Part shown: positions 17,409 to 26,655 of the stretch, one piece after another
How positions within the stretch are numbered: the stretch's first letter is position 1
How the letters are laid out: each line of letters starts with the position of its first letter
Source: Clostridia bacterium
GTDB lineage: Bacteria; Bacillota; Clostridia; Oscillospirales; CAG-272
Reading direction: 5' to 3'
Assembly: GCA_017453255.1 (NCBI GenBank)
Contig: JAFTKN010000020.1
Span: 12,399-76,398 of the forward strand
Length of the DNA stretch: 64,000 bases
Program-made: the position numbers and the translations under genes
Notes under the pieces: generated by a model
What the model was told of the DNA's origin: nothing
Seen by the model: only the letters and a program-made list of their open reading frames with translations
The model's database searches: none

Positions 17409-19142
17409 TTATGATATAGAGCTATAAGAAATTGTAGTAGGAGTATTGCTTACTGTACCATTATGTAGGTAGAAAAGCTGTCCGTTTACCAAAATATAGC
17501 CACAGCAGTAAATTTGTGCGTTTGCGTAATTGTCGAGTCCTGTTATTTTTAATTCAAAAATATCATAGCCTCTCTTTGAAAAATCAATGCTTGCAACCTT
17601 GTCCTTAAAGGAATTGCTTTCGCTATCGTAAAGAACACCACCAAACTGACCTGCTACCTCGTCACTGGGGTCAACGTCCTCAACGGCACCTATCAAGCCA
17701 AAGGATATATTACCAAAGAGTGAGGTGTATTCGTCAACAAGGCTTCTATCTATTGCAAAGGATTGCATAACTGCTCCAGTATATTCAGCCTTGGAGAAGC
17801 CTGCAAAGGAGAATAGTGGGCTAAGGGTAGATTTTATAACTCCCTCGCCACAGCCCTCTCTTGTACATATAGAGCCAACATTGCAGGTGCTTATAAAGCT
17901 ACCTCCTGTAAAAACAGGAGTGTCAGTACCGGAGAGTGCGTGTGCATCAAACAACACGTCACAGGGCTTACAGCCATAAACCAACAGGTTTCTGCCACTA
18001 AAGGTTTTGCCCTCAGGGACTGTGCCGTCTTCCTTGTACGCAAGGTATTCCTCGTAGGTGCAGGCTGTAGCGTCAGAAAAGGTCGCGTTACCACTTTGAG
18101 CAGTTACTAATGTGATTAAAGCCTCATAGTCCTCTCCTACAAAGAAATATACACCTGTACTCTTTGCATTTTGTGGGAATTTGGTGCAACCATAAGAGAA
18201 GTTTGTTGAAACCGATTCGGGCATAACAAATGCAACCGTTTCAAGAGCATCGCATTCGGAAAACATACTTGTACCCCAAGCCGACCCGTGTATTCTGGCA
18301 AATTTAAGACTGGCGTTGCTTTCGAAAACGCCGGTGCCAACGGTGGTTACGGTTGCGGGAATATCTATTGATTCAAGACCAGCACCGAAAAACGCATAGC
18401 TTTTTAAGGTTTCAAGAGAGCTTGGAAGAGCTATGCTTTTGAGAGCCTTGCAGTTTTTGAATGCTCTTTCGCCAATAGTGGTTACACTATTAAGTCCAGA
18501 AACTGTGGAAAGAGATGAACAACCATCAAAGCAGTTTGCATCAATAGTAGTGACACAACTAGGAATGTTTACATATCTAAGGGCTGTTGCAGTTTGAAAT
18601 GCACGGTCTGTGTTAAAGCTCTCTAATGATTCGGGAAGATAGACCTCCTCAATTTTAGGATTTTGATAGAAAGGAAACTCTGCAACTGAAACAAGCCCCT
18701 GCGCAAGCTTTACATAAACGACACAGTCAACGTTGCCAGTTCTGAAAACTCTGTCCCCCATAGACGTATATCCCGTTGGCATTTCGAATTTGCAAACGGA
18801 ATCAACTGTATAAGTAATTCCTGTCGCAGTATTTATTGAGCTAAAGTCGAACTCTGTTGTAGAAGCAGAAAATACCGTATCCGTGCATTTTAAAATGTAA
18901 TACGAGGGATAGGTTGTATAAACCGTTGTTTCCTCTTGAGTGTCTGGGTCGGTTACTGTATGTGATAGCATAACCCTTGAGGTTGTGTCAAAGGTAACTG
19001 TACCGTCTGTTGTGGTTTTAGGGCTAAAGCCATCTATGGTTTTGGTTTCTGTCCATTCGGGAACTTCAGCGCCTACTGCAATTACAAAAACACATATTAA
19101 TAGTGACACTAATAGAAGTGTTAATAATATTTTCCTTTTCAT
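17409..19142 (-). CDS. Secreted BspA-type leucine-rich-repeat surface protein, paralog 3
   Basis: 577 aa. Signal peptide MKRKILLTLLLVSLLICVFVIAVGA. It has the shared C-terminal domain (..LSPLFSFAGFSK..AVMQSFAIDRSLVDEY..YDIFELKITG..CCGYILVNG..). It begins 17 nt after the xylB stop with no intervening terminator. Confidence 0.7.
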   Translation of the reverse strand: MKRKILLTLLLVSLLICVFVIAVGAEVPEWTETKTIDGFSPKTTTDGTVTFDTTSRVMLSHTVTDPDTQEETTVYTTYPSYYILKCTDTVFSASTTEFDFSSINTATGITYTVDSVCKFEMPTGYTSMGDRVFRTGNVDCVVYVKLAQGLVSVAEFPFYQNPKIEEVYLPESLESFNTDRAFQTATALRYVNIPSCVTTIDANCFDGCSSLSTVSGLNSVTTIGERAFKNCKALKSIALPSSLETLKSYAFFGAGLESIDIPATVTTVGTGVFESNASLKFARIHGSAWGTSMFSECDALETVAFVMPESVSTNFSYGCTKFPQNAKSTGVYFFVGEDYEALITLVTAQSGNATFSDATACTYEEYLAYKEDGTVPEGKTFSGRNLLVYGCKPCDVLFDAHALSGTDTPVFTGGSFISTCNVGSICTREGCGEGVIKSTLSPLFSFAGFSKAEYTGAVMQSFAIDRSLVDEYTSLFGNISFGLIGAVEDVDPSDEVAGQFGGVLYDSESNSFKDKVASIDFSKRGYDIFELKITGLDNYANAQIYCCGYILVNGQLFYLHNGTVSNTPTTISYSSIS

Positions 19143-19159
19143 TGTTTCCTCCTTAAAAA

Positions 19160-20629
19160 TTAAAATTGCTTGTATATATCTTTAAGTGCTGGATATAGCT
19201 TTTTCCAAAGCTGATATTTCTTTTCGTATTTGTGTGTTAAATCTTTATCTGGGTAGGTAACATCTCTATCCTTAATTAGACTACCACAAGCCTTGTTTAC
19301 GCTTTCAAACCTACCTGTTCCAACCATAGCCAAAATAGCACCACCATAAGCAGGACCCTCCTCGGTTTCTGGTCTTATAACGGGAATGCCTAAAACGTTA
19401 GCCATAATTTTGCGCCATAGAGCACTTTTTGCTCCACCACCACAAAGCTTGGTTTTTTCAATGACAACACCGCCACTTTTTGCTATCTCGACACAGTCAC
19501 GTAAAGCAAAGCTAACACCCTCCAAAACTGCAAGCGTCATTTGCTTGCGTGTTGTGTCAGGGCGCATACCGATGAAAGCACCACGTGCGTTTACGTCATT
19601 ATGAGGACTTCTTTCGCCCATAAGATATGGTAAAAACATTACATTGTTTTCGCCCATATATTGTTCGCACTCGTCTTCCTCGTATCTAAAGTCGCTTGTG
19701 CCTAAAATATCCTCTACCCACCATTTGTTACAGGATGCAGCAGAGAGGATACAGCCCATCAAATGGTATTTTCCGTTTGAATGGCAAAAGCTGTGTAATG
19801 CGTTAGACTCATCAACGAAAAAGCTATCCTGTGAAACGAATACAGTACCACTTGTGCCTAAGGAAATGTTACAGTCACCATGATTTACAGCACCTGTTCC
19901 TACCGAGGCGGCAGCGTTATCTCCTGCACCAATGATTATGCTAAGCTGTCCAAAGCCGAGCTTACTTGCAATTTCTGGCTTTAATGTGCCTATTTTTTCA
20001 TAGGACTCGTAAAGAGAGGGTAGCATATCTCTTGTAATGCCTGCAATTTTTATCATTTCCTCGCTCCATTTTCTGTTTTTAACGTCTAAAAGGAGCATGC
20101 CTGAGGCATCAGAAAGGTCAGTTGCAAAGACGCCACTTAGCATATAAGCTAAATAGTCCTTTGGTAGCATTATCTTTTCTATTTTATTAAAGTTATCTAT
20201 TTCGTTATTCTTAACCCATAGTATTTTAGGTAAAGTGAAGCCTGCAAAGGCAATATTTGCAGTATTAGAGGACAAAGCGTCCTTGCCGATTATATTGTTT
20301 AGGTAATCTGTTTCAGCACCTGTTCTTCCATCGTTCCATAATATAGCAGGACGGATAACATTATCGTTCTTATCAAGAAGAACAAGACCATGCATCTGTC
20401 CACCGAAGGAAAGAGCTTCAATTTCAAGCTTGCTTGTGTCCTTAGTAAGCTCAGAAAGTCCCTCTAAGGTAGCCTTGTACCAATCCTCTGGATTTTGCTC
20501 ACTCCAGCCATCGTGTGGGTAGGAAATAGGGTAGGATTTAGTAACGGAATTTAGTATTTTGCCATTTTCGTCAACTAATATCAGCTTAACACCCGATGTA
20601 CCTAAATCTATTCCAATATAGCTTTTCAT
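19160..20629 (-). CDS. xylB: Xylulokinase (FGGY family)
   Basis: 489 aa. [37 protein letters not shown]. It overlaps the xylA stop by 4 nt. Confidence 0.9.
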   Translation of the reverse strand: MKSYIGIDLGTSGVKLILVDENGKILNSVTKSYPISYPHDGWSEQNPEDWYKATLEGLSELTKDTSKLEIEALSFGGQMHGLVLLDKNDNVIRPAILWNDGRTGAETDYLNNIIGKDALSSNTANIAFAGFTLPKILWVKNNEIDNFNKIEKIMLPKDYLAYMLSGVFATDLSDASGMLLLDVKNRKWSEEMIKIAGITRDMLPSLYESYEKIGTLKPEIASKLGFGQLSIIIGAGDNAAASVGTGAVNHGDCNISLGTSGTVFVSQDSFFVDESNALHSFCHSNGKYHLMGCILSAASCNKWWVEDILGTSDFRYEEDECEQYMGENNVMFLPYLMGERSPHNDVNARGAFIGMRPDTTRKQMTLAVLEGVSFALRDCVEIAKSGGVVIEKTKLCGGGAKSALWRKIMANVLGIPVIRPETEEGPAYGGAILAMVGTGRFESVNKACGSLIKDRDVTYPDKDLTHKYEKKYQLWKKLYPALKDIYKQF

Positions 20630-21939
20630 CTAAATAGCACCTGATTAATTATAGCCTCAAGATGCTCCTGCTTACCACTGCCTGGTAATTCAGCCTTGCC
20701 CTTATTTTCAGCATAAGAAGCAATTTCCTCAAGAGTAGCACCACTCATAATCTTGTTTCCAAGCTCTGTATTAAAGTAGCTTTCGTATCTCTTTTTCTTA
20801 AATTCCTCAAGTCTGCCGTCCTCAATAAGCTCTGAAGCCTTGATAAGACCTAAAGCAAAGGTATCCATACCTAAGATAAAGCCCTCAAACATGTCCTCGT
20901 AGGTATATGATGGACGTCTGTTCTTAGCATCAAAGTTGAAGCCACCTGTAAGACCACCAGCATTCAAAACCTCAAGCATACACATAGTAGCTGTGTAAAC
21001 GTCAAATGGAAACTCGTCAGTATCCCAGCCAAGGAGATAGTCGCCCTGATTTGCATCAATAGAGCCAAGCATACCATTAATTGCACTAACTCTCAAATCG
21101 TGCTCGAAGGTATGACCTGCCAAGGTTGCATGGTTTGCCTCAATATTCATCTTAAAGTCCTTGTCAAGACCGTGCGCTTTTAAAAAGCCGATAGCGGTTG
21201 CAGCATCAAAGTCATATTGATGCTTCATTGGCTCCTTTGGCTTTGGCTCAATATAGAAATCACCAGTAAAGCCGATTTTTCTACCATAATTAACAGCCAT
21301 CTTCATAAGCCTTGCAATATTTTCCTGCTCTAATTTCATATCGGTGTTGAGTAGAGTTTCATATCCCTCACGTCCACCCCAGAATACATAGCCCCTGCCA
21401 CCTAATTTAACAGTAAGCTCAAGTGCCTTTTTTACCTGTGCACAGGCAAAGGCAAAAACCTCAGCACTGTTAGATGAGCCAGCACCATTACAGAAGCGAG
21501 GGTTAGAGAACATATTTGCAGTTCCCCATAGACACTTAATGTCAGTACCCTTCATTTTTTCGAGTATGTAGTCAGTGATTTCGTCAAGGCGACGATTGGT
21601 TTCCTTAATATCCTCAGCCTCTGGAACAATATCAACGTCATGGAAGCAGAAATATTTAATTCCTAATTTTTCCATAAATTCAAAGCCTGCATCAACCTTA
21701 GCCTTAGCGTGCTCCATAGTTCCGTATTCCTTGCCGAAGGATTTGTTAGCCACACCTCTACCAAACATATCTGTGCCCTCAGCACAAAGATTGTGCCACC
21801 ATGCCATAGCAAAAGGTAAGTGCTCACTCATTTTCTTGCCTAAAATAACTCTGTCAGCATCATAATACTTGAATGAAAGTGGATTTTTCGAGCCTGGTCC
21901 CTCGTATTTAATTTTTTCGATTCCTTCAAAAATAGCCAT
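20626..21939 (-). CDS. xylA: Xylose isomerase
   Basis: 437 aa with ..FCFHDVD.., ..[16 protein letters not shown].., ..[10 protein letters not shown]... These are canonical class II XylA motifs. Confidence 0.95.
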   Translation of the reverse strand: MAIFEGIEKIKYEGPGSKNPLSFKYYDADRVILGKKMSEHLPFAMAWWHNLCAEGTDMFGRGVANKSFGKEYGTMEHAKAKVDAGFEFMEKLGIKYFCFHDVDIVPEAEDIKETNRRLDEITDYILEKMKGTDIKCLWGTANMFSNPRFCNGAGSSNSAEVFAFACAQVKKALELTVKLGGRGYVFWGGREGYETLLNTDMKLEQENIARLMKMAVNYGRKIGFTGDFYIEPKPKEPMKHQYDFDAATAIGFLKAHGLDKDFKMNIEANHATLAGHTFEHDLRVSAINGMLGSIDANQGDYLLGWDTDEFPFDVYTATMCMLEVLNAGGLTGGFNFDAKNRRPSYTYEDMFEGFILGMDTFALGLIKASELIEDGRLEEFKKKRYESYFNTELGNKIMSGATLEEIASYAENKGKAELPGSGKQEHLEAIINQVLFR

Positions 21940-21977
21940 AATATGCCCCTTTATGTTTAAAATATTTATTTAATTTA

Positions 21978-22006
21978 ATTTTAGCATTAAATATAACAAA
22001 AGTCAA
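21978..22006 (-). promoter_or_regulatory. Candidate xylAB promoter
   Basis: On the minus strand: TTGACT (22001-22006), 17-nt spacer, TAAAAT (21978-21983). Confidence 0.5.
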
Positions 22007-22027
22007 CACTAAATGAAGCTGAAATTC

Positions 22028-22057
22028 TTGACACAGCAGGTGAAGCTATAGTAAAAT
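22028..22057 (+). promoter_or_regulatory. Candidate GH31-GH3 promoter
   Basis: TTGACA (22028-22033), 18-nt spacer, TAAAAT (22052-22057). Confidence 0.5.
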
Positions 22058-22058
22058 G

Positions 22059-22076
22059 TATGTAACAGTTTACATA
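22059..22076. promoter_or_regulatory. Perfect 7-bp inverted repeat TATGTAA-CAGT-TTACATA just downstream of the -10; candidate operator
   Basis: Read directly from the sequence. It overlaps the predicted transcription start of the GH31 operon. No cognate regulator was identified in the window. Confidence 0.3.
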
Positions 22077-22091
22077 TAACAGGAGAGAAGC

Positions 22092-24041
22092 ATGCTTTAC
22101 ACGGAAAATAATGCGCTTATTAGATTTTATAATTCTGAGATATTAAAAATCGAGCCTTGGGGAGAAAGCTCGCTAAGAGTCAGATGCTCTCCAGAGGGAA
22201 GACTTTCAAATAAGGATAGAGCACTCACAGAAAAAATAGATAAATGTAGTGCTAAGATTACAATAAATGAGGACTTTGGCGAGATTGTAAACGGAAAAAT
22301 ACGAGCAACCGTTGATAAAAACGGAAGGGTTACAATCTATAATCAGCGTGGGGAGATTATGCTTGATGAGGCGCTAAGGCTTCAGCCACTTAAAGCCCCT
22401 GCAAGATTTTTTAAGCCAAACCATTTAGGCAAATATCAGCTGACAATGAGCTTTGAAAGCAACGAAAAGGAAAAAATATTTGGTATGGGTCAGTACCAGC
22501 AGGAGATTTTGAACCTAAAGGGCTGTACTCTTGAGCTTGCACACAGAAATTCACAGGCGAGCGTACCATTTTACATATCCAGCTTAGGCTATGGCTTTTT
22601 GTGGAACTTACCAGCTATTGGCGAGGCTACCTTTGCAAGAAATATTACAAAATTCAAGGCTGAGTCCACAGACGAGCTTGACTATTTAGTAATTGTAGCA
22701 GACACCCCAAGCGAAATTGAAAGAATTTATATGAGGGCTGTGGGACACGCTCCTAAAATGCCTGAATATGCTCTGGGCTTATGGCAATCGAAGCTACGCT
22801 ATCGCACACAGGACGAGCTAATGGGCGTAGCGAGAAAATATAAGGAATTAAATATTCCACTAAGCGTTATTGTCTGCGACTTTTTCCATTGGCCTCATCA
22901 GGGTGATTTCCGTTTCGATTATGACTATTTTCCAAAGCCAGAGGAAATGACTAAGGAGCTAAAGGAAATGGGTACAGAGCTAATGGTATCTGTTTGGCCA
23001 ACTATCGAGTTTGAAAGCGAAAGCTATAAGGAAATGCTTGAGAGGGGCTATCTCATCAGAAATGATAGAGGACCCTCTAACCATACAGAATGCTTTAAGC
23101 CTGCTGTTTTTTATGATACTACAAACCCAGAGGCAAGAAAATATGTGTGGGAAAAGGTAAAAAGAAATTATTACGATAAGGGGATAAGACTTTTTTGGCT
23201 TGACGAGGCAGAGCCTGAATACATGCTTTATGATTTTGATAATCATAGGTATTTTGAGGGTAACTCTACCGAGGTTGGAAATGTCTATCCTGTTGATTAT
23301 GCTAAGGGCTTTTATGAGGGGCTTATAGCCTCAGGTGAAGAAGAGCCAATTAGCCTAATTCGTTGTGCATGGGCAGGAAGCGCCAAGTATGGCGCACTTG
23401 TTTGGAGTGGTGACATTATGCCTACCTTTGAGGCTATGAGATGTCAGGTAAGAGCAGGTCTTAATATGGCTATTGCTGGTATTCCTTGGTGGACAACAGA
23501 TATAGGTGGCTTTGATTATGGAGATCCTGCAAGTGAGGAGTATAGAGAGCTTACAATCCGTTGGTTTCAGTATGCTACCTTCTGCCCGATTTTGCGTATG
23601 CACGGCTATCAAGCGCCATATATCCCTGCTAAGGAGGGACTAACAGGTGGTGGAATGTGCTATACAGGTGGCGATAATGAAATTTGGTCCTATGGAGAAA
23701 AGGCATTTGAAATAATGAAAAATCATGTTTTCTATCGTGAAAAAATGAAGCCTTATTTAAAGAGCATAATGGACGAGGCGCACGAAAAGGGAAATCCACC
23801 AATGCGACCAATGTTTTACGAATTTCCAGAGGATAAAGGATGCTGGGACGTTGAGGATCAATATATGTTTGGTAGCAAGCTGATGGTTTGCCCTGTTTGC
23901 GAGCTTGGACAAAGACAAAGAGAGGTATATTTACCTAACGGCAAATGGAAAAATGTATTCACAGGCGAAATATACGAGGGTGGAAAGGCAATAACGGCTG
24001 ATGCACCGATAGAATATACTCCTGTTTATGAAAGGTTATAA
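22092..24041 (+). CDS. Glycoside hydrolase family 31 (alpha-xylosidase / alpha-glucosidase-like)
   Basis: 649 aa. FWLDEAEPE resembles the GH31 nucleophile motif W.DMNEP. WTTDIGGF resembles the acid/base motif. Confidence 0.8.
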   Translation: MLYTENNALIRFYNSEILKIEPWGESSLRVRCSPEGRLSNKDRALTEKIDKCSAKITINEDFGEIVNGKIRATVDKNGRVTIYNQRGEIMLDEALRLQPLKAPARFFKPNHLGKYQLTMSFESNEKEKIFGMGQYQQEILNLKGCTLELAHRNSQASVPFYISSLGYGFLWNLPAIGEATFARNITKFKAESTDELDYLVIVADTPSEIERIYMRAVGHAPKMPEYALGLWQSKLRYRTQDELMGVARKYKELNIPLSVIVCDFFHWPHQGDFRFDYDYFPKPEEMTKELKEMGTELMVSVWPTIEFESESYKEMLERGYLIRNDRGPSNHTECFKPAVFYDTTNPEARKYVWEKVKRNYYDKGIRLFWLDEAEPEYMLYDFDNHRYFEGNSTEVGNVYPVDYAKGFYEGLIASGEEEPISLIRCAWAGSAKYGALVWSGDIMPTFEAMRCQVRAGLNMAIAGIPWWTTDIGGFDYGDPASEEYRELTIRWFQYATFCPILRMHGYQAPYIPAKEGLTGGGMCYTGGDNEIWSYGEKAFEIMKNHVFYREKMKPYLKSIMDEAHEKGNPPMRPMFYEFPEDKGCWDVEDQYMFGSKLMVCPVCELGQRQREVYLPNGKWKNVFTGEIYEGGKAITADAPIEYTPVYERL

Positions 24042-24043
24042 TT

Positions 24044-26158
24044 ATGGCTAATATAAGCGAAAAGAATAAAAAGAAATTTGAAAAGAGAGCAAGAGAGCTT
24101 GTTTCTCAAATGACATTAGAGGAAAAAATCGGTCAAATGGTTCATCAGGCTGAAGAAATTGAAAGGCTTAATATTAAGAGCTATAATTGGTGGAACGAGG
24201 CACTTCACGGAGTTGCAAGGGCAGGAATTGCTACAGTTTTTCCTCAGTCAATCGGCTTAGGAGCTACCTTTGATCCCGAGCTAATCGAAAAAATAGGTAA
24301 TGTAATTTCAACCGAGGCAAGAGCAAAATATAACATAGCTCAAAGTGTTGGAGATACAGGCTACTACAAGGGACTAACCTACTGGTCGCCAAATGTAAAT
24401 ATATTTAGAGATCCAAGGTGGGGTAGAGGTCACGAAACCTATGGTGAGGACCCATATCTAACCTCTATTTTGGGCGTTAGCTTTATAAATGGTGTTCAAG
24501 GCTATGACGAAAAATATCTAAAGGCGGCAGCCTGTGCTAAGCACTTTGCAGTTCATTCAGGACCTGAAAGCCTACGACATGAGTTTGATGCTAAGGTAAA
24601 TCAAAGAGATTTATATGAAACCTATCTTCCTGCCTTTGAAGCTTGTGTCAAGGAGGCTAAGGTTGAGGGTGTAATGGGTGCGTATAACCGAACAAATGGT
24701 GAGGCTTGCTGTGGTAGTCCCACACTTCTAAAGGGTGTTTTAAGAAACGACTGGGGCTTTGGCGGCTATGTGACCTCAGACTGCGAGGCTATTAGATATT
24801 TTCACGAGTACCATAAGGTAACAGAAAATGCTATGGAGTCAGTAAAATTAGCTGTTGAAAACGGTTGTGACGTAAACTGTGGTTGTTGCTACAAGCACGG
24901 AGTAAATGCAGTTAAAACAGGCTTGCTTGATGAGAAATTTGTTGACGAGGCTTGTGTTCGCTTATTCACAACAAGAATGAAGCTTGGTGAGTTTGATAAA
25001 ACAAATCCATATAACAAAATTCCATATTCTAAGGTAGGCTGTAAGGAGCATGTTGAGCTTGCTAAGGAAAGTGCAAGACAAAGCCTGGTTCTTTTGAAAA
25101 ACAACGGCATTTTACCATTAAGCAAAAGATATAAGAAAATCGGTGTAATCGGACCTAATGCGAGCAGTATTGTTGCCCTTCATGGTAACTATAATGGTAA
25201 TTCTCAAAGATACATAACTGTACTTGAGGGACTTCAGGATTATGTGGAAAAAATCGGGGGACGTGTCTATTATTCCGAGGGCTGTCATCTTTATAAGGAC
25301 TCTGCATACTGGGAAAAATATGATAGAAATGACGAGATCATGGCAATCTGCAAGGAGTGCGATGTTGTAGTCGGTGTGTTTGGTCTTGACGAAACCTTGG
25401 AGGGCGAGGCTGGATGCTGTGACTTTAACAAGGACGGTGACAAGTCAGGACTTAAATTCCCTGGTATTCAAGACGAAATTATGAGCATGATCGCTAAAAA
25501 TGCAAAAAAATGTATTCTTGTAAATCTTACAGGTAGTGCAATGGACTTATGCTTGCAGGATGAGGAATATGATGCTATAATTCAAGGCTGGTACCCTGGT
25601 GAAAGAGGTGGAAATGCTATTGCAGAGCTAATTTATGGCGATTTCTCACCATCTGGAAAGCTCCCAGTTACATTTTATAAATCAGATAAGGATTTACCAC
25701 CCTTTGATTGCTATGATATGAAGGGAAGGACATACAGATATTTAAAGACTGAGCCCCTTTACCCCTTTGGCTATGGCTTAAGCTATACTGATTTTGAGCT
25801 TACTGATTTGAGCATAAGCGAGGATAAAATAGGCAAAAACCCCATACACGTGTCTGTAAAAGTGAAAAATACAGGTAAAAAAGCAGGCAAGGAAAAAATC
25901 CAAGCCTACGTTAAAGCTCATATAGACGATGCACCCAACTTTACTCTTAGAAGGGTAGTACCAATAGAGCTTAAAAGAGGCGAGGAAAGAGAAATTTCCT
26001 TTACGTTAGAGCCAAAGGATTTTGCACTATGCAATGAAAATGGAAAAAGAGTGCTTAATAATTGCCGTTATACCCTGTATGTAGGCACAAGCCAGCCTGA
26101 CTGTCGTAGCATAGAGCTAACAGGAAAAAGACCATTAAGTATAGATCTACAGGGTTAA
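24044..26158 (+). CDS. Glycoside hydrolase family 3 (beta-xylosidase / beta-glucosidase-like)
   Basis: 704 aa with ..NIFRDPRWGRGHETYGEDP.. and the GYVTSDCEAI nucleophile motif. It has a C-terminal Fn3-like domain. The gap to the GH31 gene is 2 nt. Confidence 0.85.
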   Translation: MANISEKNKKKFEKRARELVSQMTLEEKIGQMVHQAEEIERLNIKSYNWWNEALHGVARAGIATVFPQSIGLGATFDPELIEKIGNVISTEARAKYNIAQSVGDTGYYKGLTYWSPNVNIFRDPRWGRGHETYGEDPYLTSILGVSFINGVQGYDEKYLKAAACAKHFAVHSGPESLRHEFDAKVNQRDLYETYLPAFEACVKEAKVEGVMGAYNRTNGEACCGSPTLLKGVLRNDWGFGGYVTSDCEAIRYFHEYHKVTENAMESVKLAVENGCDVNCGCCYKHGVNAVKTGLLDEKFVDEACVRLFTTRMKLGEFDKTNPYNKIPYSKVGCKEHVELAKESARQSLVLLKNNGILPLSKRYKKIGVIGPNASSIVALHGNYNGNSQRYITVLEGLQDYVEKIGGRVYYSEGCHLYKDSAYWEKYDRNDEIMAICKECDVVVGVFGLDETLEGEAGCCDFNKDGDKSGLKFPGIQDEIMSMIAKNAKKCILVNLTGSAMDLCLQDEEYDAIIQGWYPGERGGNAIAELIYGDFSPSGKLPVTFYKSDKDLPPFDCYDMKGRTYRYLKTEPLYPFGYGLSYTDFELTDLSISEDKIGKNPIHVSVKVKNTGKKAGKEKIQAYVKAHIDDAPNFTLRRVVPIELKRGEEREISFTLEPKDFALCNENGKRVLNNCRYTLYVGTSQPDCRSIELTGKRPLSIDLQG

Positions 26159-26180
26159 TAAAGAACGATATATAAATGAA

Positions 26181-26212
26181 AAAGTCACAACCATAGCAGG
26201 CTGTGACCTTTT
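26181..26212. terminator. Bidirectional terminator between the GH3 and XRE genes
   Basis: AAAAAGTCACAACC-ATAGCA-GGCTGTGACCTTTTT. Confidence 0.7.
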
Positions 26213-26214
26213 TC

Positions 26215-26424
26215 TTAGTATCTTTCTTTTTTGTTTGTTTCGCCGAGAAGATAATCAACGCTTACACCGTAGAAACGAGATAATTTAATCAAAATGTCGG
26301 TAGGAATATCGTTCTCTCCTGTTTCGTACTTTGAGTAGCCTGTCTGTGACATTCCAAGTATTTTCGCTAACTGTGTTTGAGTTAAATCTCTATCCTCTCG
26401 CAAATCACGAATTCTTGAAAACAT
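26215..26424 (-). CDS. XRE-family helix-turn-helix transcriptional regulator (about 69 aa)
   Basis: MFSRIRDLREDRDLTQTQLAKILGMSQTGYSKYETGENDIPTDILIKLSRFYGVSVDYLLG is a classic Cro/CI HTH. The first ATG is at 26424; the ORF-track start at 26436 is a TTG. Confidence 0.8.
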   Translation of the reverse strand: MFSRIRDLREDRDLTQTQLAKILGMSQTGYSKYETGENDIPTDILIKLSRFYGVSVDYLLGETNKKERY

Positions 26425-26578
26425 AAGCCTCTCCAATTTCTAAAAATTTGTTATGTGCTAAAAAGATATGCAACTTTACGTAAATATTTTACAACACGTG
26501 TCAATATCTCGTCAAAATTTAACCTAAAAAAGATTATTCTAATTAAGGCTTAAAATCGACACTCTGTTAAGAATTTTA

Positions 26579-26607
26579 TTGAAATTTCAAGCAAGTTGTT
26601 TTATAAT
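26579..26607 (+). promoter_or_regulatory. Candidate GH92 promoter
   Basis: TTGAAA (26579-26584), 17-nt spacer, TATAAT (26602-26607). Confidence 0.5.
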
Positions 26608-26655
26608 AGAAAAAGGACTATTACATATATATATTTTACTACATCTGGAGGAAAA

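Noticed and set aside
26215-26436. The small XRE regulator as half of a toxin-antitoxin pair or as a prophage repressor.
   Set aside because: No adjacent small toxin ORF or phage genes are present. It is flanked by terminators and glycosidase genes, so it is more likely a local regulator. The evidence is insufficient either way.
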